Below, one piece after another: positions 38,962-48,837 of a stretch of 64,000 nucleotides of DNA. Both the position numbers and the translations under genes were made by a program. The stretch covers positions 1,087 through 65,086 of the forward strand of contig JAZQYO010000013.1 in assembly GCA_045633565.1 (NCBI GenBank), read 5' to 3'. A model generated the notes under the pieces. The model saw only the letters and a program-made list of their open reading frames with translations. It made no database searches and was not told the DNA's origin. Position 1 is the stretch's first letter, and the number at the start of each line of letters is the position of its first letter. The DNA is from Clostridia bacterium (lineage in GTDB: Bacteria > Bacillota > Clostridia > RUG12999).

Positions 38962-39645
38962 TTACATAAACATGCATAATAAAATAGGAAGGAAAATTGC
39001 AGGTACATAGTTCATGACTTTGATTTTGGTAATGCCGAGAAGATTAAGCCCCAGACCAATCAGAAGTATTGAACCACTGCAGGTCATTTCAGCTACAGCG
39101 GCATCGCCTAAAAGCGGAGAAAGAAAACCGGCAAGAAGAGCAATTGCTCCCTGATAAACAAATACTGCCACCGCCGAAAACATAACGCCTATTCCCATGG
39201 ATGAAGCAAAAACTATTGCGGAAATAAAGTCCAGCAGCGATTTGGTATAAAGCGTCTGATTGTCACCAGTAAGACCGCTTTGAAGAGCGCCGACAATTGC
39301 CATTGCTCCCACACAGAAAAGCAGCGAGGAAGACACAAAACCCTGTGCAAGGGACACGTTTCCTTCAGCGTTTTTACTGAATTTTTTTTCTACCAGATTG
39401 CCCAGAGAGTTAAGCTTACCGTCAAGGTCAAGTAAAGTTCCTATAATTGCACCGACCGCTATTGAAATTACGGCAATCAAAGGATTTTGTCCTTCAAGAC
39501 ATCCGTCTATTCCAAGGTATACTACACAAAGACCGACACCTGTCATAACGGCATCAGAAAGTTTTTTGGGCAACTCCTTTTTTAAAAACAGTCCTATAAG
39601 ACTGCCGATAATTACTGTTATTGCGTTTACCGTTGTTCCGAGCAT
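38962..39645 (-). CDS. DUF554 membrane protein
   Basis: MLGT.VN, GF..SSLLFCVGAM.I.G, L.TKS.LD, G.GV.FS. Confidence 0.88.
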   Translation of the reverse strand: MLGTTVNAITVIIGSLIGLFLKKELPKKLSDAVMTGVGLCVVYLGIDGCLEGQNPLIAVISIAVGAIIGTLLDLDGKLNSLGNLVEKKFSKNAEGNVSLAQGFVSSSLLFCVGAMAIVGALQSGLTGDNQTLYTKSLLDFISAIVFASSMGIGVMFSAVAVFVYQGAIALLAGFLSPLLGDAAVAEMTCSGSILLIGLGLNLLGITKIKVMNYVPAIFLPILLCMFM

Positions 39646-40512
39646 TTAAAAAGTCCTTCTTCCTGTTGTGTGCACTACAAAAGCTTCACAACGTTTTTTC
39701 TGCATATATATTCTTGCATCGTTAGCAAGTTTTTTGTCTTTGAACAGTCCTATTACCGTAGGACCGCTGCCACTCATGACACTGCCGATTGCACCCATGT
39801 CAATCATTTCCTGTTTCATTCTTTTTATTTCGGGATGCTGATTTGCGGTGACCGTTTCAAGCACGTTGAACATTCTGACCGCAACAGCCTCTTTGTCACC
39901 ACGTCCGATTGCATCAATTGCACCGTCTGTGTCGGGGTGCTCTGACAGCTTGTCTGCCTTGAGGTTGGAATAAACATCCGCAGTTGAAACCCTGACAGGT
40001 GGTTTTGCTATTAAAAAGGTTGCAGACTCAAGAGAGGGAAGAGGTGTTAAAATTTCGCCTCTGCCTTCGCAGAGTGCACAACCGCCTGATATACAAAAAG
40101 GTACATCTGAGCCAAGCTGTTCGCCTATCCTGCAAAGCTCTGACTCGCTGAAAATATTATCATACATTTGATTCAGTCCAACAAGTACAGCTGCGGCGTT
40201 GCTGCTTCCACCGGCAAGTCCTGCGGCTACGGGAATGGTTTTTTTGATATTGATGGCTATACCGTCGGTTATCCCTGATTTTTCAAAGAAAATTTCTGCA
40301 GCAGCATAAGCAATATTCCGTCTGTCGGTGGGAAGATATTTCAGGTTGGTTTTTAGAAAAATTCCATTTTCTGACTTGCGGAGATTAATGCTGTCAAATA
40401 AAGATACGGTGTGCATAATCATTTTAAGCTCATGGTAGCCGTCCTCGCGTTTCCTTAAAACATCAAGAGTGAGATTGATTTTTGCATAAGACATAACGTC
40501 AATCTGATTCAT
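39646..40512 (-). CDS. ispE: 4-diphosphocytidyl-2C-methyl-D-erythritol kinase
   Basis: AKINL.L, DGYHEL, IPVAAGLAGGSSNAA, GSDVPF, MSGSGPT. Confidence 0.96.
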   Translation of the reverse strand: MNQIDVMSYAKINLTLDVLRKREDGYHELKMIMHTVSLFDSINLRKSENGIFLKTNLKYLPTDRRNIAYAAAEIFFEKSGITDGIAINIKKTIPVAAGLAGGSSNAAAVLVGLNQMYDNIFSESELCRIGEQLGSDVPFCISGGCALCEGRGEILTPLPSLESATFLIAKPPVRVSTADVYSNLKADKLSEHPDTDGAIDAIGRGDKEAVAVRMFNVLETVTANQHPEIKRMKQEMIDMGAIGSVMSGSGPTVIGLFKDKKLANDARIYMQKKRCEAFVVHTTGRRTF

Positions 40513-40522
40513 TTATTTCACC

Positions 40523-41893
40523 TCAGAAACAAATTTTATACAAATTTCCGGTTAGTTCAGAAATGTTTTTAATATAATGGAGCTTCATTTTTCCGCCATA
40601 TTTGCCCGGCTTGTTTGCTGCCGGAAGAATACATTCGGTAAATCCCATTTTTTCAAGTTCGCTGATGCGTTTTTCTATATTGGAAACAAATCTGACCTCG
40701 CCTGTAAGACCAACCTCACCAACAGCGGAAACTCCCTGACGGAGAGGCAGATTTTTAAGCGCTGAAAAAACAGCAAGCATAAGCGGAAGGTCTGCGGCAG
40801 GCTCTGTAATTTTAATACCGCCTGTTACACTTATATAAATGTCACTTGAGCTGATGTCAAGCGACAGCTTTTTCTCAAGTACGGCAAGATTCATTGTAGT
40901 CCGGGAAAAATCTGTTCCCACAAACATTCTGCGTGGAGTGCCAAACCCTGTCCTTGTAACAAGAGTCTGTATTTCCGACAAAATGGGGCGGGTACCTTCA
41001 ATTGCCGCAAAAGCAATTGAGCCGGGAGCATTTTCCTCTCTGTCGGACAGTGCCATCATTGACGGGTTTTTCACTTCCGAAAGCCCCGTTTCGGTCATTT
41101 CAAAAACACCTATTTCGTTGCAAGAACCAAAACGGTTTTTAACTGCACGAAGTATCCGGTAGGACTGAAAACGGTCACCTTCAAAATACAAAACGCAGTC
41201 AACCATATGCTCTAAAATACGTGGACCGGCAATGTTGCCTTCTTTAGTAACATGACCTATAAGTATAACGGGAACACCCTTCTTTTTAGCAAATTCCATA
41301 AATTTCATGCAACACTCACGCACCTGTGAAATACTGCCCGGAGCTGATGCTGCCTCGGATGAAAACATGGTCTGTATGGAGTCGACAATCAAAATATCCG
41401 CCTCTGAGGTTTCCGCAGCTTTTATAACTGCATCGGCATCGGTGTGACCTAAAAAATACAGTTCATCAGAGCTGATGCCAAGCCTGTCCGCGCGGAGCTT
41501 CACCTGAGAGTCCGATTCCTCGCCCGAAACATAAAGCACCTTGCGACCGTCGGCAAAATTTTTTGCAGCCTGAAGCATAAGTGTTGATTTTCCGATTCCC
41601 GGGTCACCGCCCACCAGGACAAGTGAACCTTTTATAAGACCACCACCAAGTACACGGTCAAATTCCGAGATTTCTGATTTTAAACGCTCACCGGAAGAAA
41701 CAGTTATTTCAGACAATTTTGAAACTTTGATTTCGGCCGGTGATATGGTGCCTGCACCTTTTTTTTCGGGGAGTACAACCTCTTCGACCATGGAGTTCCA
41801 GCTTCCGCATTCGCTGCATTTGCCAAGCCATTTGGGCGAAGTATAGCCGCACTGCTGGCACATATATACAGTCTGAACCTTTTTTCCTGCCAT
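40523..41893 (-). CDS. radA: DNA repair protein RadA
   Basis: C..CG..SPKW.GKC..C zinc finger, GGDPGIGKST, KNRFG. Confidence 0.96.
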   Translation of the reverse strand: MAGKKVQTVYMCQQCGYTSPKWLGKCSECGSWNSMVEEVVLPEKKGAGTISPAEIKVSKLSEITVSSGERLKSEISEFDRVLGGGLIKGSLVLVGGDPGIGKSTLMLQAAKNFADGRKVLYVSGEESDSQVKLRADRLGISSDELYFLGHTDADAVIKAAETSEADILIVDSIQTMFSSEAASAPGSISQVRECCMKFMEFAKKKGVPVILIGHVTKEGNIAGPRILEHMVDCVLYFEGDRFQSYRILRAVKNRFGSCNEIGVFEMTETGLSEVKNPSMMALSDREENAPGSIAFAAIEGTRPILSEIQTLVTRTGFGTPRRMFVGTDFSRTTMNLAVLEKKLSLDISSSDIYISVTGGIKITEPAADLPLMLAVFSALKNLPLRQGVSAVGEVGLTGEVRFVSNIEKRISELEKMGFTECILPAANKPGKYGGKMKLHYIKNISELTGNLYKICF

Positions 41894-42117
41894 AATTACC
41901 TCCGGATTTTGATTTAATAACATATATTATACCACTAATGTTATATTTTGACAAGAAAGATATATAAAAATTAATAAAAAATAGCCGTGGACAATATAAT
42001 TTAATGTTGAAAAAGGAAAAAAAGAATAAAAGCCTTGACTTTTTAAAATGTTGGTGTTACAATTATGATGCCTTAATTTGGGGCTTTGAAAAAATAAGGT
42101 AAAGGGAGGAAAAAGAT

Positions 42118-43377
42118 TTGGAAACAAATACAATACTTTTTAACATCTTTCTGATTATTCAGATTATTTCATACGGACTTACCTTTTATTACCTTTTTAC
42201 AACATTCTTTGCTTGGATTCCCAGGAAAAAGACAGAGAATGTTTCAGACAAGGAGCATACTTATGCACTGATTGTTGCGGCGCATAATGAAGAAGTGGTT
42301 ATAGGTCAGATGGTAAAGAGCTTAAAACAGCTTGACTATAATCACGATAAATATGAAATTTTTGTTATTGCGGATAACTGCACAGACAATACTGCGGCTG
42401 CAGCCCGTGAAGCGGGAGCCGAGGTTTTTGAACGTTTCCACGATACCTTGAAAGGTAAAGGCCATGCCCTTGAGTGGATGTTTGAAAAAATCTACGCTAT
42501 GGATCGTGAGTTTGACAACATCTGTATTTTTGATGCAGACAACGTTGTTTCCAAAAACTTCCTTAAAGAAATTAACAAGATTCATAATAAAGGCTACAGA
42601 GTTGTTCAGGGTAACATTGAAAGTAAAAACCCTTACGATTCCTGGATAGCTACAGCTTACAGCATATCCTTCTGGATGACGGGTAAAATATTCCAGCAGG
42701 CGAGATATAATGTTAATATGTCCTGTCAGCTCAGCGGCACAGGATTTTCAGTTGCAGTTCCGCTGCTCAAAGAGCTTGGATGGGGAGCAACCTGCCTCAC
42801 AGAGGACATGGAATTCACTGCAAAACTTATTTTAAATAACGAAAAAGTTGGTTGGGCACACACTGCGTATGTTTATGACGAAAAACCGCTTACACTTGCT
42901 CAGTCCTGGAAACAGAGAAAAAGATGGATGCAGGGACATGCGGATGTTTGCTCAAGATTTGCAATCAAGCTGTTTGCAAAAGCAATTAAAGACAGAGATA
43001 TGTCAGCACTTGATTGTGCGATTTATGTATTAAACCCACTTAAAATCCTTGCTCTTGGTGTAATCACAGCAACAGGCTTTTTCGGTATGATGTTCCCCGA
43101 TTCTGTGATTAACAGCTGGTCACTTTATCATCTGATAGACGCTCCGGCTATATGGGCGGTGCTTTCGGTATTTACACTGCTTTACACACCAATCGTAGTT
43201 ACCTATGAAAGACGGGAATTTAACTGGAAACTTTTCTGGAATTACCTCACATACGGTATCTACTCACTCACATGGATTCCCATCACAATTCAGGGACTTA
43301 TCAATAAAAACAAGACCGAATGGTCACACACTGCACATGTCAGAACAATCGACATAGCAGAGATTGAAAAACAGTAA
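42118..43377 (+). CDS. GT2 processive-type membrane glycosyltransferase
   Basis: AHNEE, ADNC.D, GKG.AL, FDAD, LTED, QRKRW. Confidence 0.88.
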   Translation: METNTILFNIFLIIQIISYGLTFYYLFTTFFAWIPRKKTENVSDKEHTYALIVAAHNEEVVIGQMVKSLKQLDYNHDKYEIFVIADNCTDNTAAAAREAGAEVFERFHDTLKGKGHALEWMFEKIYAMDREFDNICIFDADNVVSKNFLKEINKIHNKGYRVVQGNIESKNPYDSWIATAYSISFWMTGKIFQQARYNVNMSCQLSGTGFSVAVPLLKELGWGATCLTEDMEFTAKLILNNEKVGWAHTAYVYDEKPLTLAQSWKQRKRWMQGHADVCSRFAIKLFAKAIKDRDMSALDCAIYVLNPLKILALGVITATGFFGMMFPDSVINSWSLYHLIDAPAIWAVLSVFTLLYTPIVVTYERREFNWKLFWNYLTYGIYSLTWIPITIQGLINKNKTEWSHTAHVRTIDIAEIEKQ

Positions 43378-43493
43378 ATGAAGGCGGAGCGATGCTCCGT
43401 CTTTTTTATATAAAATTTAAAAAAACTATTGTTAAAATTTTCTTTATATGATAAAATTAAAGTATAATTTTATTTATTAAGGAGGAACTACTC

Positions 43494-44033
43494 ATGGCAA
43501 ATATTAAAGGAACAAAAACAGAAAAAAATTTAATGGCGGCTTTTGCCGGAGAATCACAGGCAACAAATAAATACAGATATTATGCATCCAAAGCAAAAAA
43601 AGACGGCTTTGTTCAGATTGCAAATATTTTCGAAGAAACAGCAAATAACGAAAAAGAACACGCAAAAATCTGGTTCAAACTTCTTCATGACGGTATTGGC
43701 TCAACAATGGACAACTTAGCTGATGCAGCTGCAGGCGAAAACTATGAATGGACAGATATGTATGCTACTTTTGCAAAAGAAGCGAGAGAAGAAGGTTTTG
43801 ACTATATAGCAGACCTTTTTGAGGGTGTTGCGGCAATTGAAAAAGAACATGAAGAAAGATACCGCAAACTTCTTAAAAATATTGAAGATGAGGTTGTATT
43901 CTCCAAAGACGGTGACGTTATCTGGCATTGTGCTAACTGCGGTCACATTGTAATCGGTAAAAAAGCACCCGAGGTTTGCCCGGTTTGTGCACATCCCCAG
44001 GCTCATTTCCAGGTTAAAGCAGAAAATTATTAA
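43494..44033 (+). CDS. rbr: Rubrerythrin
   Basis: T.KNL.AAFAGES, E.EH diiron motifs, C-terminal C.NCG...CPVC. Confidence 0.93.
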   Translation: MANIKGTKTEKNLMAAFAGESQATNKYRYYASKAKKDGFVQIANIFEETANNEKEHAKIWFKLLHDGIGSTMDNLADAAAGENYEWTDMYATFAKEAREEGFDYIADLFEGVAAIEKEHEERYRKLLKNIEDEVVFSKDGDVIWHCANCGHIVIGKKAPEVCPVCAHPQAHFQVKAENY

Positions 44034-44093
44034 TGGAATATTTTTCTGCCCGTATGCACAAAATAGTGTAAAAAAATAAAGCGAGGCAAAAAC

Positions 44094-45887
44094 ATGAAAA
44101 TAACGGAAGATATTAAGTATATCGGTGTGAATGACATGGAGGTTGACCTTTTTGAGGGTCAGTACCCTGTCAAAAACGGAATTTCATATAATTCTTACGT
44201 GATAGTTGATGAAAAAATTGCGGTTATGGACACGGTGGACGCAAGATTTACTCATCAGTGGCTGGACAATCTTGAGGGTGTACTTGGTGACAGAAAACCG
44301 GACTACCTTATTATTCAGCACATGGAACCGGACCATTCTGCAAATATCGCCAATTTCATGAGAATTTACAGTGATACGGTGATAGTTTCAAGCCAGAAAT
44401 CTTTTTCTATGATGGAAAAGTTTTTTGGTACGGACTTTTCTGACAGACAGATTGTTATAAATGAAGGGGACAGCCTTAATCTGGGCAGACATCAGCTCAA
44501 TTTTGTGGCAGCTCCCATGGTACATTGGCCGGAAGTAATGGTTACTTATGATTCCACCGACAAAGTGCTTTTCTCTGCAGACGGATTTGGAAAGTTCGGT
44601 GCAATCGGCACAGATGAGGACTGGGCAGACGAAGCTCGCCGTTACTTTATCGGAATAGTGGGTAAATACGGCGCACAGGTTCAGAATCTCCTGAAAAAAG
44701 CAGCCGGTCTTGATATAGAAATCATTTGTCCGCTTCACGGACCGGCGCTCACAGAAAACTTAGGATATTACATTAATCTGTACAATACATGGTCCTCCTA
44801 TCAGGCAGAAACGGACGGAATTATGATAGCCTATACTTCTGTTTACGGTAACACAAAAAAGGCGGTTGAAATGCTTGCGGAAAAATTCCGCAAAAACGGC
44901 TGCCCGAATGTTGTTGTGTATGATTTGTCGCGCTGTGATATGACTCAGGCGGTATCGGATGCATTCCGTTTCAGCAAACTGGTGCTTGCGACAACCACTT
45001 ATAATGCGGGGATTTTCCCGTTCATGAGAACTTTCATAAATCACCTGACAGAGAGAAACTACCAAAACAGAACGGTTGCACTGATAGAAAACGGTTCATG
45101 GGCACCGCTTGCGGCTAAAACCATGAAGGAAATGCTTTCCTCCTGCAAAAACATTACCTTTGCTGAAACACCGGTGCAGATTTTGTCGGCACTTAATGCA
45201 CAAAGCACGGACTCTCTCGGCGCACTTGCTGATGAGCTGTGTCGTGACTATATTGCGCAGGATAGCGAAACCGCTGATAAAAATGACCTTTCTGCACTTT
45301 TTAATATCGGTTACGGACTTTATGTTGTAACCTCAAATGACGGCAAAAAGGACAACGGCCTGATTGTCAACACCATAACTCAGGTTACAAATACTCCAAA
45401 CCGTGTGGCGGTGACTATTAATAAAGACAATTATTCTCACCACGTTATAAAGCAAGCAGGAAAAATGAATGTAAACTGCCTGTCAACAGACGCACCGTTT
45501 TCTGTTTTTGAGCAGTTTGGTTTTCAAAGTGGCAGACAGACGGACAAATTCAAGAATTTAAAACCACTGCGTTCTGATAACGGACTGGCGTTTCTGCCCA
45601 GATATATCAACTCCTTTATGTCACTTGAAGTTGAGCAGTATATCGATCTTGATACTCACGGAATGTTTATATGCAGCATAACAGAAGCAAGGGTTATTTC
45701 CGCTGCCGAAACCATGACATACACCTATTATCAGAATAACGTAAAACCAAAACCGGAAACAGAGGGCAAAAAAGGCTTTGTCTGCAAAATCTGCGGATAT
45801 GTTTATGAGGGTGATGAGCTTCCGGATGATTTCATCTGTCCGCTTTGCAAACATGGAGCAGTCGACTTTGAACCCATAGAGGGATAA
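44094..45887 (+). CDS. Flavodiiron protein fused to flavin-reductase and rubredoxin domains
   Basis: HMEPDH, HWPE, SAD.FG, PLHG; flavodoxin S.YGNT; YGLYVVT flavin-reductase domain; C-terminal CKICG..CPLC. Confidence 0.88.
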   Translation: MKITEDIKYIGVNDMEVDLFEGQYPVKNGISYNSYVIVDEKIAVMDTVDARFTHQWLDNLEGVLGDRKPDYLIIQHMEPDHSANIANFMRIYSDTVIVSSQKSFSMMEKFFGTDFSDRQIVINEGDSLNLGRHQLNFVAAPMVHWPEVMVTYDSTDKVLFSADGFGKFGAIGTDEDWADEARRYFIGIVGKYGAQVQNLLKKAAGLDIEIICPLHGPALTENLGYYINLYNTWSSYQAETDGIMIAYTSVYGNTKKAVEMLAEKFRKNGCPNVVVYDLSRCDMTQAVSDAFRFSKLVLATTTYNAGIFPFMRTFINHLTERNYQNRTVALIENGSWAPLAAKTMKEMLSSCKNITFAETPVQILSALNAQSTDSLGALADELCRDYIAQDSETADKNDLSALFNIGYGLYVVTSNDGKKDNGLIVNTITQVTNTPNRVAVTINKDNYSHHVIKQAGKMNVNCLSTDAPFSVFEQFGFQSGRQTDKFKNLKPLRSDNGLAFLPRYINSFMSLEVEQYIDLDTHGMFICSITEARVISAAETMTYTYYQNNVKPKPETEGKKGFVCKICGYVYEGDELPDDFICPLCKHGAVDFEPIEG

Positions 45888-45890
45888 GAC

Positions 45891-46343
45891 ATGATTTTTG
45901 ACAACATAAGAAATGCAGAAAAATATTATAAAATCAGTCCGGGACTTGAAAAAGCGCTTGAGCATATAAAAAAGTGCGTCAGGGAAAATACGCCCCCGTC
46001 ACGCTATGAACAGAACGGTATGAAGGTGCTTGTCCAGGAATATGAACCAATTGTGTTTGAGGATGACCTCTACGAATGCCACCGAGAATATGCCGACATT
46101 CAGTTTATTGAAAAAGGGCAGGAGGAAATCCATGCAATCTACTCGGGAAAGATGGAACAGGTCTGCGACTATAATCCCGAAGGGGATGTGGAAGTGTTTG
46201 CAGGTCAGGAGCATTTTACCTCCTATCACCTTACAGACGGTGAGTTTGTATGCTTTTTCCCGGGAGAAGCTCATAAACCGAGCATAGCTGTGGACGACAA
46301 ACCGGCGTGGACAAGAAAGATTGTAGTAAAAGTAAAAATTTGA
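45891..46343 (+). CDS. YhcH/YjgK/YiaL (NanQ-like) protein
   Basis: E.HR.Y.DIQ...G.E, FFP.EAH.P, K.VVK. Confidence 0.85.
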   Translation: MIFDNIRNAEKYYKISPGLEKALEHIKKCVRENTPPSRYEQNGMKVLVQEYEPIVFEDDLYECHREYADIQFIEKGQEEIHAIYSGKMEQVCDYNPEGDVEVFAGQEHFTSYHLTDGEFVCFFPGEAHKPSIAVDDKPAWTRKIVVKVKI

Positions 46344-46446
46344 AAGAGGCGGGAATTTCCCGCCTTTTAAATTATCAAAATTAAGATATTGGGCAAGATA
46401 ATGAAAATGTGCAGATTATAGCAGGCAAAAATTGTTCAATTTTGTA

Positions 46447-46475
46447 TTGACAAAATGAATTTTTGGGGATATAAT
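46447..46475 (+). promoter_or_regulatory. SigA promoter of yceD-rpmF
   Basis: TTGACA-17-TATAAT. Confidence 0.72.
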
Positions 46476-46516
46476 ATATCTATATGTCTGCAAACTTTTA
46501 TATGTGGAGGTAAGCT

Positions 46517-47017
46517 GTGAAACTGGAACTCATTGATATTTTCAGTACAAACGGTGCAGCGGAGGATTTTGAAGGAGATATGGTTTTTGATGGCGAAAGC
46601 CTCACAGGCATGTCTGTTTCCTTTGACGGTCCGGCACATATAAAAGGCAGGGCGGAGAATATCGGCGGACAGGTTGAAATATCGGCCCGTGTTACGGCAA
46701 GAATCTTGACAAGCTGTGCAAGATGCATGAAGGATATTTTCAAAGATGTGGACTTTGAGTTTATCGAAAGGGTTGCCGGCAAGGGTGCTACGGCTGAAGA
46801 TGGAGATGACGTTATCCTTCTTGAAGGCTCAGAGGTTGATGTTGCAGACCTGGCGCTGAACAACTTTATTACTGTATCTCCGATGAAATATCTGTGCAAA
46901 GAAGACTGCAAGGGTCTTTGCCCGCAATGCGGAGCAGACTTGAATGTTACCGATTGCGGCTGCGAAAAAGAGCAGACTGACCCACGGTTTGATGTACTTA
47001 ATGATTTGTTCAGGTAA
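46517..47017 (+). CDS. YceD/DUF177 protein
   Basis: CARC, P.K.LC.EDCKGLCP.CG..LN, DPR; upstream of rpmF. Confidence 0.92.
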   Translation: MKLELIDIFSTNGAAEDFEGDMVFDGESLTGMSVSFDGPAHIKGRAENIGGQVEISARVTARILTSCARCMKDIFKDVDFEFIERVAGKGATAEDGDDVILLEGSEVDVADLALNNFITVSPMKYLCKEDCKGLCPQCGADLNVTDCGCEKEQTDPRFDVLNDLFR

Positions 47018-47054
47018 ATAATATGTTCAAATTTTACGAGGAGGTGTCCCGAGC

Positions 47055-47240
47055 ATGGCAGTACCCAAGAGAAAAACATCTAAAGCAAGAAGAGACAAGA
47101 GAAGAGCTAACTGGAAGCTTCTGATTCCTGGCATGGTTGAATGTCCTCAGTGCCACGAATACAAAATGCCGCACAGAATCTGCAAATCCTGCGGATATTA
47201 TAACGGTAAGGAAATTGTTAAAACTGCTGAAGAAGCATAA
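47055..47240 (+). CDS. rpmF: 50S ribosomal protein L32
   Basis: [31 protein letters not shown]. Confidence 0.97.
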   Translation: MAVPKRKTSKARRDKRRANWKLLIPGMVECPQCHEYKMPHRICKSCGYYNGKEIVKTAEEA

Positions 47241-47267
47241 ATAACAGAGGGGAAACAATTTTCCCCT

Positions 47268-47400
47268 CTTTATTTTTTTGATTCAGCAACCGCTGAATCA
47301 AAAAATTCAAGGCTTGAGGGTCCCAAAGCAATCTGCGATTGCGTTTTGGGTCGGGTTCTTGTTTTTCAAAAATCAGCAAGTGCTGACTCAAAAAATAAAG
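47268..47400. repeat. ~133-bp palindromic element (MITE/REP-like)
   Basis: ~30-bp imperfect terminal inverted repeats, each itself a hairpin, around a central CCCAAAGCAATC..GATTGC.TTTTGGG hairpin. Confidence 0.6.
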
Positions 47401-47439
47401 GTTTGGTCGAAAGATAGATTTTTCCGGCGAGGTGGAAGA

Positions 47440-48756
47440 ATGAAAGAATATAATAAAATCAAAGGTGTTGAACCAATGAGTATTGCCGAAGAAGCGGGAA
47501 TTACTGCGGGGGACACTCTTGTTTCAATTGATGATACAAAGGTGGAGGATATTCTGCAGTACAAATATCTTTGTGCCGCAGAAGAGCTTACAATTGAAAT
47601 ATTAAAGAAAAACGGTGACACCGAATTTATTGAAATAGAAAAGGATGAATATGAGGATTTGGGGATAGAATTTGAATACCCCTTGCTCGGACCTGCCCGT
47701 GCCTGTGCCAATAAATGCATTTTCTGTTTTATTGACCAGTTGCCCTGCGGAATGAGAAAAACCCTCTATTTTAAAGATGACGATTCTAGACTTTCCTTTT
47801 TGCACGGCAATTATGTCACGCTGACAAATTTAAGCGACGCTGATATAGACCGGCTTTGTGCAACGAAGGTAAGTCCTGTAAATATATCTGTTCATGCAAC
47901 TGACCCCGAGGTCAGAAAATTTATGATGGGTAACAAAAATGCCGGCAATGTTGTGGAAAGAATGAAAAAGTTTGCTCGAAACGGCATTGTGATGAACTGC
48001 CAGATTGTGCTTTGCCGGGGGATAAATGATAAAAAAGTGCTGGATGACAGTATAAAAACACTTGGGGAACTTTATCCTCACGTTTATTCTGTCTCAGTTG
48101 TACCGGTTGGCTTGACAGACCACCGTGACGGACTTTTTGAGCTTGAAGGTTTTGACAGGGAATCTGCAAAAGAGGTTATTGAGCGGGTAAGCGCCTGGCA
48201 GCAAAAGTTTTATAAAAAGTACGGTACAAGGATAGTTTACCTTGCAGATGAATTCTATCTCAAAGCAGAGATGCCCATACCCGATGCGGAAGAATATGAA
48301 GATTTCCCGCAGATTGAAAATGGTGTGGGACTCATTTCTTCCATGCAGGAGGAGTTTGATTTTGCAATTAAAAATGTAAAACCTTTAAAGAAAGAAAGAA
48401 CGGTCAGCATGGCTACCGGCGAAGCTGCTTTTGAATTTATTTCGTCCCTTGCCAGAAGACTGGAGCAAGTGGCAAAAGGACTGAAAATAAATGTTTACAG
48501 CATAAAAAATATTACCTTTGGTGAAAAAATTACCGTAGCAGGTTTGCTTTGCGGCAAGGATATAATAAAGGGACTTCAAGGTAAAGAACTTGGACAAACC
48601 CTGTATCTTCCAAACTCTCTGCTTCGAGACGGTGAAAATGTATTGCTGGACGATGTTACCACCGATGACCTTGAAATGGCTTTAGGAGTGAAAATTGAGA
48701 CCATAGACTGTGACGGCGAAACGCTTGTCACAAAGTTGACAAATGATGGAAATTAA
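47440..48756 (+). CDS. DUF512 radical-SAM-like Fe-S protein with N-terminal PDZ
   Basis: SIAEE.GI..GD PDZ; CANKCIFC; KDDD.RLSF; F.QIENGVG. Confidence 0.88.
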   Translation: MKEYNKIKGVEPMSIAEEAGITAGDTLVSIDDTKVEDILQYKYLCAAEELTIEILKKNGDTEFIEIEKDEYEDLGIEFEYPLLGPARACANKCIFCFIDQLPCGMRKTLYFKDDDSRLSFLHGNYVTLTNLSDADIDRLCATKVSPVNISVHATDPEVRKFMMGNKNAGNVVERMKKFARNGIVMNCQIVLCRGINDKKVLDDSIKTLGELYPHVYSVSVVPVGLTDHRDGLFELEGFDRESAKEVIERVSAWQQKFYKKYGTRIVYLADEFYLKAEMPIPDAEEYEDFPQIENGVGLISSMQEEFDFAIKNVKPLKKERTVSMATGEAAFEFISSLARRLEQVAKGLKINVYSIKNITFGEKITVAGLLCGKDIIKGLQGKELGQTLYLPNSLLRDGENVLLDDVTTDDLEMALGVKIETIDCDGETLVTKLTNDGN

Positions 48757-48764
48757 GGTATAAT
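48736..48764 (+). promoter_or_regulatory. SigA promoter of the der operon
   Basis: TTGACA-17-TATAAT overlapping the 3' end of the DUF512 gene. Confidence 0.65.
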
Positions 48765-48837
48765 TGTAAATTGGATTAGGATGTTTTAATAAGCTTGAAA
48801 CAAGATGCCGGCATGATGCCGGCTAAAGGAGTTTTGT

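Noticed and set aside
41894-42117. Possible oriC at the switch from mostly minus- to plus-strand genes
   Set aside because: Short AT-rich gap with at most one poor DnaA-box-like sequence and no dnaA; divergent promoters explain it.
48806-48822. GC-rich palindrome GCCGGCAT-G-ATGCCGGC before the der RBS
   Set aside because: A single short hairpin; no further evidence of a regulatory role from sequence alone.
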